From Okamejei kenojei (lineage: Eukaryota): DNA of 64,000 nt. Shown here piece after piece: positions 38,536 through 50,689 of the stretch. The number at the start of each line of letters is the position of its first letter. The stretch's first letter is position 1. The stretch is taken from contig CM069143.1 in the NCBI GenBank assembly GCA_035221665.1, forward strand, positions 42,036,001 through 42,100,000, read 5' to 3'. The position numbers and the translations under genes are program-made. The notes beneath the pieces are model-generated. The model saw only the letters and a list, made by a program, of their open reading frames with translations, was not told the DNA's origin and made no database searches.

Positions 38536-40771
38536 GTACCCATTCTTTATTGGAATTACTTTTGGATGCAAACCTAAAATCAATTTTTAAGGTTTTCTTA
38601 TGCAGGTGAACCAATCCTTTCTTAGTTATATTAAATTAATGATCATGATACACCTGTAATCCCCCACAATTGGAGATTTAATGAACTTATTTTATAACAA
38701 GTTGTTTGCACCTCTTCAACGTACTTCAAGCCTTCTTTTTCCAATTATATGGGTTTGGATAAGGTTATGTTGGATTATACCATATTTTCTGCCTTTGTTT
38801 TGATCCATTATCAAATCTTTCATTGGATCATAGTTTTTCCCCCAAAGTTTAAAGATCAGTAGTCTGTTCTTTTGTAATCAATATTTTTGATTTATCATAA
38901 GGCAGGTTTTATTCCATAATAATCAGGAGTTTAATATAACCTGATTTGTAATGATCTGCAAATCTAGAGTGCAGATTTGGTAAATTAATATTATATATTT
39001 CTTCCCATTGAGCTCCACAAACTGATGGCAATTTATTTTATTTTAAATGTATTGGTTATTTGCACAATATTTTATTTGTTTTCCATTGAATGGAAATGCC
39101 ATGCACATGCACCAGTTTGAAATACTTTTAAAATCGTATTTCATTATATCTCATCTAATTGAGACATGGATATCATAACCGGATTCACCGTTGATATCTT
39201 TATAAACTTAAAAGTTTTATCATATTCTGCTGTTTCACCATAACAGCTTTGGTGAGGCCAATTAATTTTTTTTTTCCATATTTACTTTTCATGGCCTCAC
39301 TCATACATTCAGGTATCAAACCTAGTACACTTCTATATACATTTTGTGCTGAAGTGTACTTAAATAAAACATAAAAAGTTTTATTATTATTCTGCTGTTT
39401 TAATCATAACAGCTTTAGTGAGAGACCAATTAATTTTGGTTTCCGTGGTTATTTTCCTTGGCCTCACTTCTTATTCAGGTGTTGTACTTACACCTGTATA
39501 TATATAGTGTATATATATTACTGGTGCTGTGGTGGGTACTTCATGACCAGCCACCACTATCGGTGCATTTTTAGGGTCAGTTTTCCATTTTGCTGCCCTT
39601 GTTACTCCTGAGTTTTTCCTCAAGGAGACTACCTTCAAATATATCTGAGGTAGATAGTCCCACCATATTTCATCATATATATTAATATGTGAACCCCCTT
39701 TAGGGTAGGTTAGGGAATGTTTTTGGGCCATTTAACCCTTTTTGGCTTGAATTCTTTATTTACTTTATTTTTATTTTTTGGAATCTTTTTTCCATTATTT
39801 TTCCAAGCCATTAAACTTTTTTAGTCTGAAGACCTTTTATTAAATTTTTTAAATTATGGCCTTTCTGACTTTATAAAATTCCCCCCCCCCCCCCCTGCCA
39901 AAAGTTTGTGGAGCGACTAAAAAATCTTTCTAACGTAATTGTAACGGTCACCAGTATCGGAACCGGCTCCGTAATTAATCTCCCGTCCCGATCGCTGGGT
40001 ATTCCCCCGGGACGTTCTTTTTTAAACTCCGTTGTTTTATACAGAGTATTTTTGTTCTATTTTAACTTTTATTTATTTTTTGTTTTTAAATTCATTTTAA
40101 CACCTGGTTCAATGCACCAGGCACGGAGTTTCCAGACCCTAAAAGTTTTTCAACTGCACTTACCTGCCGGTTCCGTACCTACCGCTTTCGAGGAGCTAGC
40201 CTCTGCAGCTCTTGCTTCTGCCGTCAGCGTCGACGTAATGCCGTTCCAGCGCCAGGCGGGGCTTCTTCACGTAGTCACTCACGTGACTCCGAAGTAAAAT
40301 TGGCATTGAAGTGTTACTCTATTTTTATTCCAAATGCTTAGAGTATATACATCAGGTTTAAATAAAGACAAACAGTTTGCACAAAGAAATTAGACATAGT
40401 AGAATCCCAACAGCGGCATAAAGACCATGCCTGCCCCACCATTTCAGCAAGGAACAACAAAGACTTGATTTGTCCATCTACGCTTCATGCTGCCCCGAGA
40501 AGGCCACCAGCATAATCAAGGATCAGTCTCATTAGTCACTTCCTCTTATCCCCTCTCCTATCAATCAAGAGGTACAGATGTTTGAAAACGCATTCAGGGA
40601 CAGTTTCTTCCCAGATGTTATCAGCAAATGAATAGCCCTCTCATCAGCTTGAGTGCACTCCTGGTCTCCCATTTACCTCATTGGAGACCTTTAACCTATC
40701 TTAAATCGGACTTTATTGGACTTCAATGTTATATCTAACACTAAATGTTGTACCCTTTATCCTTTATCTCC

Positions 40772-41740
40772 CCAAGTGCCAGCATAACAACCTGGCTCTC
40801 AATATCAGTAAAACCAATGAACTGATTGGGGACTTTGGAAGCGGAAGGATGAGGACTCACAATCCTGATTATATCAATGAGACAATAGTGGAGAGATTCA
40901 AAAACTTCAAATTCCTGGGCGTGCATTTTCCAAAGATCTTTCCTGGACCCAGCACACTGATGCAATTAGAAAATAAAGCACATCAACACCACTACTTCCT
41001 GAGAAGGTTAAGGAAATTCAGTATGTCAAAGAGAATTCACCTGAACTTCTACAGGTGTACAGTAGAGAGCATACTGGCTGGCTGTATCGTGGCCTGGTTT
41101 GGCAACTTGAACATCCAGGAGCGGAAAAGACTGCAAAAAATTGTGAACACTGCCCAGTCCATCATCAGCTCTGACCTCCCCACCATCGAACCGATTTATC
41201 AAAATCGCTGCCTCAAAAAGGCAGCCAGCATCATCAGAGGCCCACACTATCCTGGCCACACACTAATTTCGCCACTGTCATCGGGAAGAAAGTACAGAAG
41301 TCTGAAAACTGTAACGTCCAGGTTCAGGTACAGCTTCTTCCCTACAGCCATCAGGCTATTAAACACTACAGCCTCAAATAAGCTGATATGTACGCACTGA
41401 ACTTTTTTTCTCTCTCGTTTATCATATTGTATACAGTGTACTACTGTATGTTTACATATTCTATTGTGCTTCAGCAATTAAAAATTTCATTGTTCTATCT
41501 GGGACATATGACAATAAAACACGAGGGTACACAAAAAGCTGGAGAAACTCAGCGGGTGCAGCAGCATCTAAGGAGCGAAGGAGATAGGCGACATTTCGGG
41601 TCGAGACCCTTCTTCACTCCTTCGCTCCTTAGATGCTGCTGCACCCGCTGAGTTTCTCCAGCTTTTTGTGTACCCTCGATTCTCCAGCATCTGCAGTTCC
41701 TTCTTTAAAAAAATGACAATAAAACACTCTTGACTCTTGC
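40772..41740 (+). mobile_element. 5'-truncated Rex1/Babar-like LINE (ORF2 C-terminus and 3' UTR)
   Basis: HNNLALNISKTNELIGDF, FKFLG, YFLRRLRKF, NFYRCTVESIL, RCLKKA, RFRYSFFPTAIRLLN. Confidence 0.9.
41523..41712. mobile_element. Young fold-back Penelope-derived insert with 15-bp TSD
   Basis: 62-bp perfect inverted arms at 41522-41583 and 41617-41678; TSD ATGACAATAAAACAC at 41508-41522 and 41713-41727. Confidence 0.88.
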
Positions 41741-43289
41741 TTGATTATATTCATATATGGTCTTTTCTTTGACTGAATAGTATGCAGCCAAAAGCTTTTC
41801 GCTATATTTGGTACACGTGATAACAATAAACTAAACTAAATGAAAACTATACATTGACATTTTAGTTCAAGGATATAGATTGTAGTTCAAACAGAACTCA
41901 AGTAAATACACAAGCCAATGCATTTCACTTCTAAGTGTGAGTTTCTTTGTGAAGTTACAAGTTATCATGGTAGTTGGCATATTTAGTTCCCTATGAACTT
42001 GAAATTTCATACAATAGCGGTACGGTTGATTCGTTTAAAATGAAACAAATTGAGGCTAAAGCTGACATCTCACATACAATTCTTTTCCTGTTGTTTAACA
42101 TGACTTTCACAATATCCTTTCCATATAAACAAATGAATTGTTACTAAGGGTCTTGACAAAACAAGTGCCTTATCATTTAGCAAAGGCCTGCTTTCTAGTT
42201 CAAAGATCTTTGCCCTTTGGAGTGGTAGATTGTTGCATTTCCTGATTTGCATTCAATACAGTTATTAATATACACATAAGGATTGTATTGTCAACACTCC
42301 TATTTAAACCAAGCTAAGCATGAGATGCATATAGAGAAAGATACAAAGCTGGAACTAGTGTTCTGGCATTTGTTTTCACATAAACATAGAGAGGTGAACA
42401 TGTGTTCAGCATCAGGCAAGCATCCCATCAATACTTTTTTGAGAATCAACTATTTATAGAATAGGTACTGATTGATTTTGACTGGCCACTGCAATAATTC
42501 TATGAGGACAAGATACCAGAAATTAAATGTGACCGATATCTACTGTATATTTCTGTCATGCCTTCCAGTACAATGCTCAAGGTGTTAAAGGATTTTGTCT
42601 TAAAATGAAACCTGCACAAATCAGTTTCTCCCTGATGTGACTGCATTACCCGGTATATCCTTTGCTGCAGCGCAACTTGGAGAAGCGTTGATGATATATG
42701 TAGTAAGGCAAGCATATGGAAGAAGAAAGAGGAGAGGAAGATTATCTTAGTAGGAGGCCACATTCAGTGCTCCTTTCTTTGCAAATAAAGATGTGAGAGG
42801 CATCTGCATTTCTGTGAGGGTGGACTTACTGAAATAGTACCTGCACCAGACCCAGCAAGTGAGTACTGCTTTATCAAGAGCTGTCAAGGTTAGTCAGGCA
42901 ATAATTTTTATGTGCCCAGTTCCTTTAGACTGGAGATACCTGTGAAATATTGTTGGATTATATTTCAAGAGATCTAATATTTTATTATTTCTAGCTGAAG
43001 ACCAGCAGGCTTACTTAGACTCTGCTTCAAGAGAATTTAGGTCTTCTCCTTGGAGCAGAATTGAAAGACTTGTCTTTGGTAATGGCCATGAATATCATGG
43101 GAATTTGGTTAATCTTCCTTTGTTTTTAAGTTTGATGGCTAATTAATATGACACACAACAAGAGGAATAACTTAAAGGTAAAAAAGATGTACTGAAACAG
43201 CAGCCTTCATCAATTCAAAACATCTCAATTAACACCCAGAGTGATACACCTGAAATTATATCACTGTCGTAGATAACAGACAGCTCACT

Positions 43290-43560
43290 TAAAGAACTTG
43301 ACAATGGCGCAGTAATCCGTTTCAGTGATATTTACTGAGTGAGAAATGTTGGCTTGGACACCAGGTATCACATTCCTGTGTTTGTTCAAGTAGTCCCATG
43401 GGATGTTATACATCCACCGAGGAGATTTCTTGAAGCCTCCTTTTAACATTTTCCCTCCAACTACTGCAGCACTCCCTCCCTCAGAGCAGCTGTCCAGATG
43501 TTTATTATTAAGTCTATCAAGTAAGGCTTGAATTCCAAATCATCCAACTCAGAGTGAATG
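43290..43560 (-). mobile_element. Ancient Deu-domain SINE (SacSINE1/AmnSINE-like)
   Basis: The reverse complement resembles the Deu core: gagggagtgctgcag...ggtggatgta..catcccatgggactacttgaac...cctggtgtccaagccaacattt...cactgaaacggatta. Confidence 0.6.
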
Positions 43561-43819
43561 GAAGCATGGAAGACTGTACAAATAAAATTCTTTACCATTC
43601 TGTGTCAGACGGTGTCTGTATGAAAACTTATGTTCACTTCAGTTTAGAGAATGTGATATAACTGGGACAACAAGCCTCATAAAATGTTAATGATGAAGAT
43701 GGTTCTCTTTAGATATTTCTAAGTGGGTATGCCCTCTGAAAATTTAACTCAAGGGATGAGACAAAATGAGCACTACATTCACATTTATCTATATTGCCTC
43801 TGCATGAACTCTTTTTCGA

Positions 43820-44160
43820 ACATAACTTGCATTTACGTGGCAAAATAGCCCAGGGAACTTCACAAGAGAGTTTTACAAATACCATTTTAAACCAAGCCAG
43901 ATAGGGAAAGTAGGGCAGATCAGATGTTGGATTTGTGAAGGGTTTTAAAGAAACAAAGAGAATGGATGAGGCAAGAAGGCTTTAAAAAGAAATCCCAGAG
44001 TTTAAGGCAAATCCACTAAGATGTTGAGATTAAAATTAAAGATGTTTGAATGGAGGTTTGCGAGAATGTACTTTCTGATGGATGGAGGATTGCAGACAGG
44101 GAAAGATAAGGGCGTGAAGTGAATTGAAACCAAAGATGGGAATTTTAAAATGCACCTAAA
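43820..44160 (-). mobile_element. Old L2-like LINE 3' fragment
   Basis: Tail aacttgcatttacgtggca...cttcaca and a degenerate L2-type 3' region. Confidence 0.4.
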
Positions 44161-44339
44161 TCCATAATTGCATTGGAAACAATGACTGAATTCCTATGCT
44201 TAATACTGCGACCACAGCAATGAAAACAATAGTGGTATGTTATTCAAAAGTAAAATTAAAAACTCTAAAAGTCAAAGTCAAATTCAAACTGATTTAAGGC
44301 ACAGTACACAATGGATTCATCAGTCTGCTGATCAACAGT

Positions 44340-44630
44340 ACTTAGTTTAGTTTGAGTTTAGGTTAGAGATATAGTGCGGAAACAGGTCTGGCGTTCTCTG
44401 CACCGACTAGTAATCACCCATAAACTAGATCTATCCTACACACTAGGGACAATTTACAGAAGCCAATTAACCTAAAAAACCCGCACATGTTTGAAATGTG
44501 GGAGGAAACTAGACCACCCACAGAAAACTCATGCGATCATAGGGAGAACATGCAAACTCTGTAAAGACAGCACCATAATCAGCATCGAACCTGGGTCACT
44601 GGCACGGTAAGGCAGCAACTTTGCCGTTCT
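44340..44630 (-). mobile_element. HE1/V-SINE-like SINE
   Basis: ttagtttag tail; ctagggacaatttacagaagccaattaaccta...gtgggaggaaac...cgaacctgggtc...gtaaggcagcaact. Confidence 0.85.
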
Positions 44631-44951
44631 AGGGTTTGTGGGAAAACAATTTATCGCAATCAATCATTGATTTGAATTATATTTATAGCACATTATGCCA
44701 TAATATCTTTGGTAACCATTGGTACTCAATTATAATATCCGATTGAAATTTACATTGCTCAATGGTTAATCACAAGCATACACAAATGAATAGGCTAATC
44801 TGTGGCCTTATTGTATACACATAGTAAGTTGTATTACATGGGCAAAATCTCCATTAATATTGAACATTACAAAGAAAGGAATTTTAAGTTTACAATGTGG
44901 TATGCAATGAATAAAACCATTTTCAAAGTGAATTATATTATAAATATACAG

Positions 44952-45085
44952 TACAGATGTCAAAGGTTATGGGGAGAAGGCAGGAGAATGGGGTTAGGAG
45001 GGAGAGATAGATCACCATGATTGAATGGCGGAGTCGATTTGATGGGCCTAAATGGCCTAATTCTACTCTTATTCTTCATGACATT
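44952..45085 (+). mobile_element. CR1 3'-end fragment
   Basis: gtcaaaggttatggggagaaggcaggagaatgggg...gaatggcggagt...aatggcctaattct. Confidence 0.75.
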
Positions 45086-45999
45086 AAATGGTGTGCAGTA
45101 CACGATAGGTTAATTTTTCTTCATATTGTGTGAAATGTTTAACCTCAGATGGGAAATACCACGATTTATAACTTACCTGTTGATATCATGAAGCTTTCAG
45201 TTTATTCATCTCTTACTAATGATGTGCAGCACTCAATGTGTTACAATATAATATCTCGTCAATGAGTTGATCTCTATTGTTCATCGATATTATTTAATGG
45301 GTTAATCTTTTTATAGATAATGCATGCGTAAAAATTTATATCCATGGACTAAAGTTAATTTATTTTGTGTTATACTCCTTGTCAATCCAATATTAATCCA
45401 ATACTCAATGAAATGTTGTATTCATGGAGAAAGGAAAAATTGTTACCTTTGTGATTTACAGTCCTGTTGTACAATAAGTTAATTTTTCACATCATTTTTA
45501 TCTCTTGAAATGGGTTAGTTTAACTATACGTTCGCCCTCAATGAGCACATAACAGAACCAGTTCTGACAAAGAGTAATACTGAAATATTAACATTGTTTC
45601 TCTCCACAGATCATGACTTACTGAAAATTACGGCATTGTCTGTGTAATGTCTGCTGTAAGATCCTGTTGTGACTAACACAATTAATGCTCATCCGACATC
45701 TTTTAAGATAAGTTTATTAATTCAACAACCAAACAGAAACTACGAGAAGGTCACTTGTCTTCAGTCAATGGCACAGGAACGCTCCTCAGCTTGTACTCCT
45801 GGCCTCAAGAGGGCACTGGCATTTGCACATTGATGACGAGTACAAATGTTTCAAGATGGCACTAGCATTTACATCACATCTCCCCCTTCAAACTATTTTC
45901 AATACTAATAAATTTAAACTTTAATCAATTTAATGTGGATATTAAACACAGTGCTCTTTATACTTCGAACATTATACAACAAAACTATAAAATCATTGC

Positions 46000-48900
46000 C
46001 TAACTATTTTACATAACGTCGAGTTGGCGGTATTGACAATCGCCCACTTCTCGTGCGAGTCGTATTTCCAACACGTTCTGTGTTGTATTTCTGTTGTGTG
46101 AGTGTGGCTTGGCACGCTGCGAGCAGGTTCCCCCACCACATTACCTTGTGATGCGGCCTGTGATTGTTCTCTTGAGTCTGGGAGACTTGCTCCGTCTGGG
46201 AGAGGGGCTCCTCCGTCTGGGAGAGTTTTCGTGCTCTTTTGCTGCGTGTTGCCAGGGCATGGCTCAGCTGCTTCGTGCGTAGGTCATATGTCTTTCCTGT
46301 TTCTGCGGTAATCAGTAACACTCGGTGTCGAAATGGAGCAGCTCCGAGGGACCAGGTTTTCTCGTGCAATCTGGCCATGTTGCCACTCGGTTGGTTTGGC
46401 ACCAAACCACACCTGTTGTTGTCGCTCCAGGCACGGCAGCGGCTCGACGCTTGCCTTCTTATTGAAGTGTGCTGCCTGTTTTTCTTGCCGGACGGCTAGT
46501 TGCGGTTTGCACACAGCGCTCCACCTGCCCATTGCTCTGTGGATATATGGGACTTGCAGTGACATGGCCAAATTCCCATTGATCCTTGAACTTGCGAAAC
46601 TCAACACAGTCAAATTGTCTCACGTTGTCAGTCATCACCAAGTCAGGAATGCCATTCTGGGCAAACGTGCCCTTCATCTCTCGTATCACCGAATGTGACA
46701 TCATGTCTGGCAGTTGCGCTATTTCTGGGTACTTGTAGTAATAGTTCACTACAAGTAAATGGTCAACTCCATCCAGATGGAAAATATCTGCCCCGACTTT
46801 AGATCAAGGTCTGCTGGGGATGAAGTGCGGTTGTAGCGGCTCGCTTGCTTGTGCTTTCCTTGTCGCCTGACATATCGAGCAAGTTCCCACTGTGTCACCG
46901 ATCTGTGCATTCATTCCTGGCCACACAAATAAATTGCGGGCTCGTTGTTTCAGTTTCACTAAAACGTGTTCAGCCTCTGCAGGCGCCTGCTTTGGGGGAC
47001 TACGATTCGGTTTTCACTTAAGACTAAACCATCTACTTCAACCAGCTCGTCATGGTATGCATGAAATGGAATCAAGTCTGAGGGTAGACCACGCCTGTTA
47101 CTAGGCCAACCCTTTCTTATGTACTCGCACAGCAGTGTTAGGGTTTGATCTTTTTCTGTTTCAGCTTTGAACTGCGCAAGGCGCTCGTCTGACATGTGTA
47201 GTATGGCCTACTGCATGTATCACGGTTGGCAGTGTGATGTGCTCTTCCGCAAGTGTGTTTGCACTGGGCAGCTGGCTCAGGGCATCAGGGACAAACGTTT
47301 CACGTCCCGGCTTCCACCGTATCTCCAGGTCATACCGTAGCAGGTGCATTCGCAAGTGCTGGAATCTGGGGCTTGTGATCAGTAAGGATTTCTTTGCGCT
47401 GACCAACAATGAAGTCATGGAACTTTCTGCATGCGTACAATATGGAGCACAGCTCCTTCTCTATAGTCGCATAGTTGCGCTCGGCCAGGTTCACACGTCG
47501 TGATGCGTAGGCAACAGGTCTCTCGTCTTGCATTAGGACCGCTCCAAATCCACTGTTGGAAGCGTCTGTTGCAATTGAAACGGGCGCGTTCACATCGTAC
47601 AATTTGAGTACGGGTGGCGATGTGAGAAGACATTTCAGCTTGTCTACTGCATGTCTGTGCTTCTGCTCAAAATGCCACGCTACACCCTTTTCTGTTAGCT
47701 GTCTAAGTGGGGCGGTGATCTCCGAAAGGTTCGGAATAATCGTGGCCATTTATGTCACCATCCCCAAGAACATTTGCACTTCAGCCTTGTTTGTCGGGCA
47801 TGGCATTTGCCGCACACTGCTGACACGAGATGTGCTTGGTGAAACGCCTGCTTGTGAGATGTCGTGTCCCACATGTTCAATCTCGTTTGAGCGCATTACC
47901 GATTTTCTAGGATTGAGCTTTAGGCCGGACTCTTTCACAGGCGCGAGTAGGGCTTTCACCCTTGTGTCATGCTGGGCTGCCATCTCTCCCCAAACGAGAA
48001 TGTCGTCAATGACTATCTCCACCCCTTCTAAATCACCAAACTCTTCCTGCATCGCCCGCTGCCAAATCTCACTTGCGGATGAGATTCCAAATGGAAGCAC
48101 GAGGTATCGGTATCTCCCAAAGGGAGTATTAAATGTGGTCAGGCGCAAGCTGGTGTCGCTCACTGGGAACTGCCAGTACCCACTTGTAGCGTCAAATTTC
48201 GAGAACCATTTTGCCTTTGGCATGCGGGCTGCAATGTTCTCGATCGTCGGCATCAGAAATGCTCCCTGCGAATGGCCGCATTGAGGTCACGCGGGTCAAG
48301 GCATATGCGGACTTCGCCATTAGGCTTGCTAACAACAGTCACTGAATTCACCCAATCCGTCGGTTCGCTCACGGGCTTTATGACTCCCAAGCTTTCCATG
48401 CGCTCTAATTCGGCTTTGACCTTATCCCTGAGCTTATAGGGGATAGTGCGGGGAGGGGGTGGTTTGCTTAGGTTGCACGTTCTCTTGCAGTGCTATGTTG
48501 TACTCATGTTTTTATAACCTTCCCAGCCCTTGGAAAATCTTGCAGTTTTCCTCACTGATTATCACAGTGTTTGATGAGCTCGCCTCATTTTGCACAAGAT
48601 GCCCTTACTTCTCACACGTCAGTCTCCCAAATATGGGTTTCACATCCCACTTCACTATTTGAAACACAACACTATATTCCTTCTTACCTAATTTAACGTT
48701 CCCCTTTGCCTGTCCCTGAGGCTTCATTGTATGTCCAGAGTATTACCTTCGTGTTCATTAAGGCAAGACCAGCCTTTCTGAACAAGTTCTCGGCAGGATG
48801 TCAACTTGAGCTCCAGAGTCAAGTTTCAACTCAATGCCCACATTGTTAATGCTGCACAGCTGTCCCCATTCACACGTCAAATCAATCACGGTGTCAATCA

Positions 48901-49844
48901 CGGTGTCAATCACGGCGTCAATCACGGTGTCAATCACGGTGTCAATCACGGCGTCAATGTAGAATACATCAAAGTCGTCGTTCACTGGCTCAGGCAGCGG
49001 TGAAGTGGACATCTGGAACTCAATGTCCCGGACGTCACGGCTCCTGTCCCCGGCCTTTTGTCTGATTAGCCCATCATGTTGTCGGGAACGTGGTTGGCTG
49101 TTGGGTGGTCTATTTACCGGGCAGTCGGGGGATCTGGAAAAATGTCCGATTTCTCCGCAGGTGTGACATCTCATGTACTGAGCGGAGCAGTAGTTGGTTT
49201 TATGCACGTGGGTGCATCATTACCATAATTACGGATTTCTGTGTGTGGTTGTCTGGGTCGCGAATCCCTGTCTCGGCCCCATGGCCGACTGGCACTGTCC
49301 CGTTTCAAGTAATCAACTGTCTCTTCAGTGGCGATGGCAGTTGGGTCGATCTGTTTCGCGTGCTCGGTTGATGCTTTGGCGATCATACGCATGTCACTGC
49401 GTTAAGTCATCGCATTGGAGAAGTTTCTCCTCGAGCGGCTGGCTGGTGATGCCACAGAATATTCTGTCTTGAAGCAACGAGTATGCAGACTGTCAAATCC
49501 GCAATCATTAGCTTAAGACTTCAGTGCAGTCAGGTAGCTGGAGAAGGTCTCCCCTCGCCGCTGATTATGTGTATTAAAGATGTATCTTGTGACAGTTAAG
49601 TTCTTTTTTAGTTCACAGTACTTCTGGAACTTCTTCTTCAGCGGTTGTATTTTGTCACATTCCTCCGGGGCGAACTGAAAGGTCTCATAAATCTGCAGAG
49701 CGGCCGGCCCCGCCTCGTGGAGCAATGTTGCACACAGAATCCTATGCTTACTCGTCAGCTCTGTCGCCATCTTGTACAGTCCTTATAATTCTTGGCTAAG
49801 TTCCCTTGCATGGAGAATGGTCCCGGTGGCTTGAGTCCTGCCAT
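46000..49844 (-). pseudogene. Frameshifted gag-pol of the Gypsy element
   Basis: MAGLKPPGPF start; zinc knuckle CHTCGEIGHFSRSPDC; PR LDSGAQ; RT FDATSGYWQ, LPFGISSA, IDDILV; RNase H TDAS, YASR, YATIEKE; IN GIPDLVMTDN, YPQSNGQVER. Confidence 0.92.
48882..48958. repeat. 12-bp tandem repeat x6.4 (TCAATCACGGYG)
   Basis: Read directly; encodes (IDTV/IDAV)n on the - strand between gag and PR. Confidence 0.95.
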
Positions 49845-50184
49845 TTGTTTTTACTCTGACACCATGTAATGTCTGCTGTATGATCCTGTTGTGACCAGCA
49901 CAATTAATACAGCCTGATTTGGACTCAGATTTCTAGTCTTTACCATATTTTCTTTGCTGAGGGGATTAAATTTTGTTCACACCTTGCAGTTTTCAATTGA
50001 TCATTCATGCATCTCACAGTAGGAAACACCAGCAAGGGGCAATCTCATGACAAAATGGTGGCGGTGTTTAATATAGTGCAGCTAATGTCAAACATTGGTT
50101 TTGTTGTGGTTCAACACAATGAATTGTGGTCTTACAATGACAACATTTAGAACAGTTTATCCAGGTCATACTGGGTTTACCTCG

Positions 50185-50689
50185 ACAGAGATGCGATTTT
50201 TTTTCCGTATCGTATCTCCATCTGCACTGCGGCCTAACATCAAGCAGTTAGCGGCCTCTGCGGGTGACCGACTTTTGAGAGCTCCACCATGGAAGCCTGC
50301 GGGACTTTATCATCGCGGAACCTTTGATCCCTTTGCCGGGGATCAACCTCGGAGCTCCAACCATGGGTGCCTGCGGACTTAACATCACGGAGCCCGCAAT
50401 CACCCTGATGTGGGAGCTTCGACCGTAGACTGCGGGTGCTTTGATCACCCCAATGGATGGTTCGACTGCCCCGACCGCGGAAGAATAAGGAGGAAGAAGA
50501 TTGGACTTTTTTGCTCTCCATCACAGTGAGGAATGTGGGAATCCGCTGTGGTGGATGTTTATGTTAACTTTTATGTATTTGTATGTTTTATTGGTTTTTT
50601 TTGTATGGCTGTATGGTAATTCGCATATCACTGTACCTTAATTGGTACATGTGACAATAAAAGACCTTTGAAACCTTTGAAACCTTTGA
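50185..50689 (+). mobile_element. GC-rich non-autonomous retroposon with a Rex1-type 3' end and (AACCTTTGA)n tail
   Basis: Internal repeated units (gagctcc..ccatgg..gcctgcgg.actt..catc.cgga); 3' end cactgtaccttaattggtacatgtgacaataaa; second copy at 32535. Confidence 0.7.

Larger units (their letters stand above)
35301..40300 (-). mobile_element. DIRS1-like tyrosine-recombinase retrotransposon, non-autonomous, with intact ITRs and ICR
   Basis: 36-bp ITRs at 35374-35409 and 40238-40273. The ICR (35529-35641) is the reverse complement of 35301-35379 joined to the reverse complement of 40264-40300. AAT trinucleotide at both termini. Decayed YR motifs on the - strand (ANNRAQSV..SRYGKG, KQSTP..AYP..KLCV, LLITHK.PH.VS.KT..SRWL). 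Confidence 0.88.
40490..41842 (+). mobile_element. Rex1/Babar-like LINE 3' end (outer copy of a nest)
   Basis: gccaccagcataatcaagga...cagggacagtttcttcccag (40500-40770) resumes at ~41735 with the same 3' UTR as 29340-29475 and ends gtgataacaataaactaaactaaa. Confidence 0.7.
45643..49908 (-). mobile_element. Ty3/Gypsy LTR retrotransposon, decayed; 5' LTR mostly deleted
   Basis: 3' LTR TG...CA at 45643-45878; PPT AAGGGGGAGA at 45879-45888; 5' LTR remnant 49865-49908; PBS TGGTGTCAGA at 49855-49864 (tRNA-Leu-like). Domain order is gag, PR, RT, RH, IN. Confidence 0.95.

Noticed and set aside
47556-48284. 242-aa plus-strand ORF
   Set aside because: It is the antisense shadow of the Gypsy RT with no recognisable domain.
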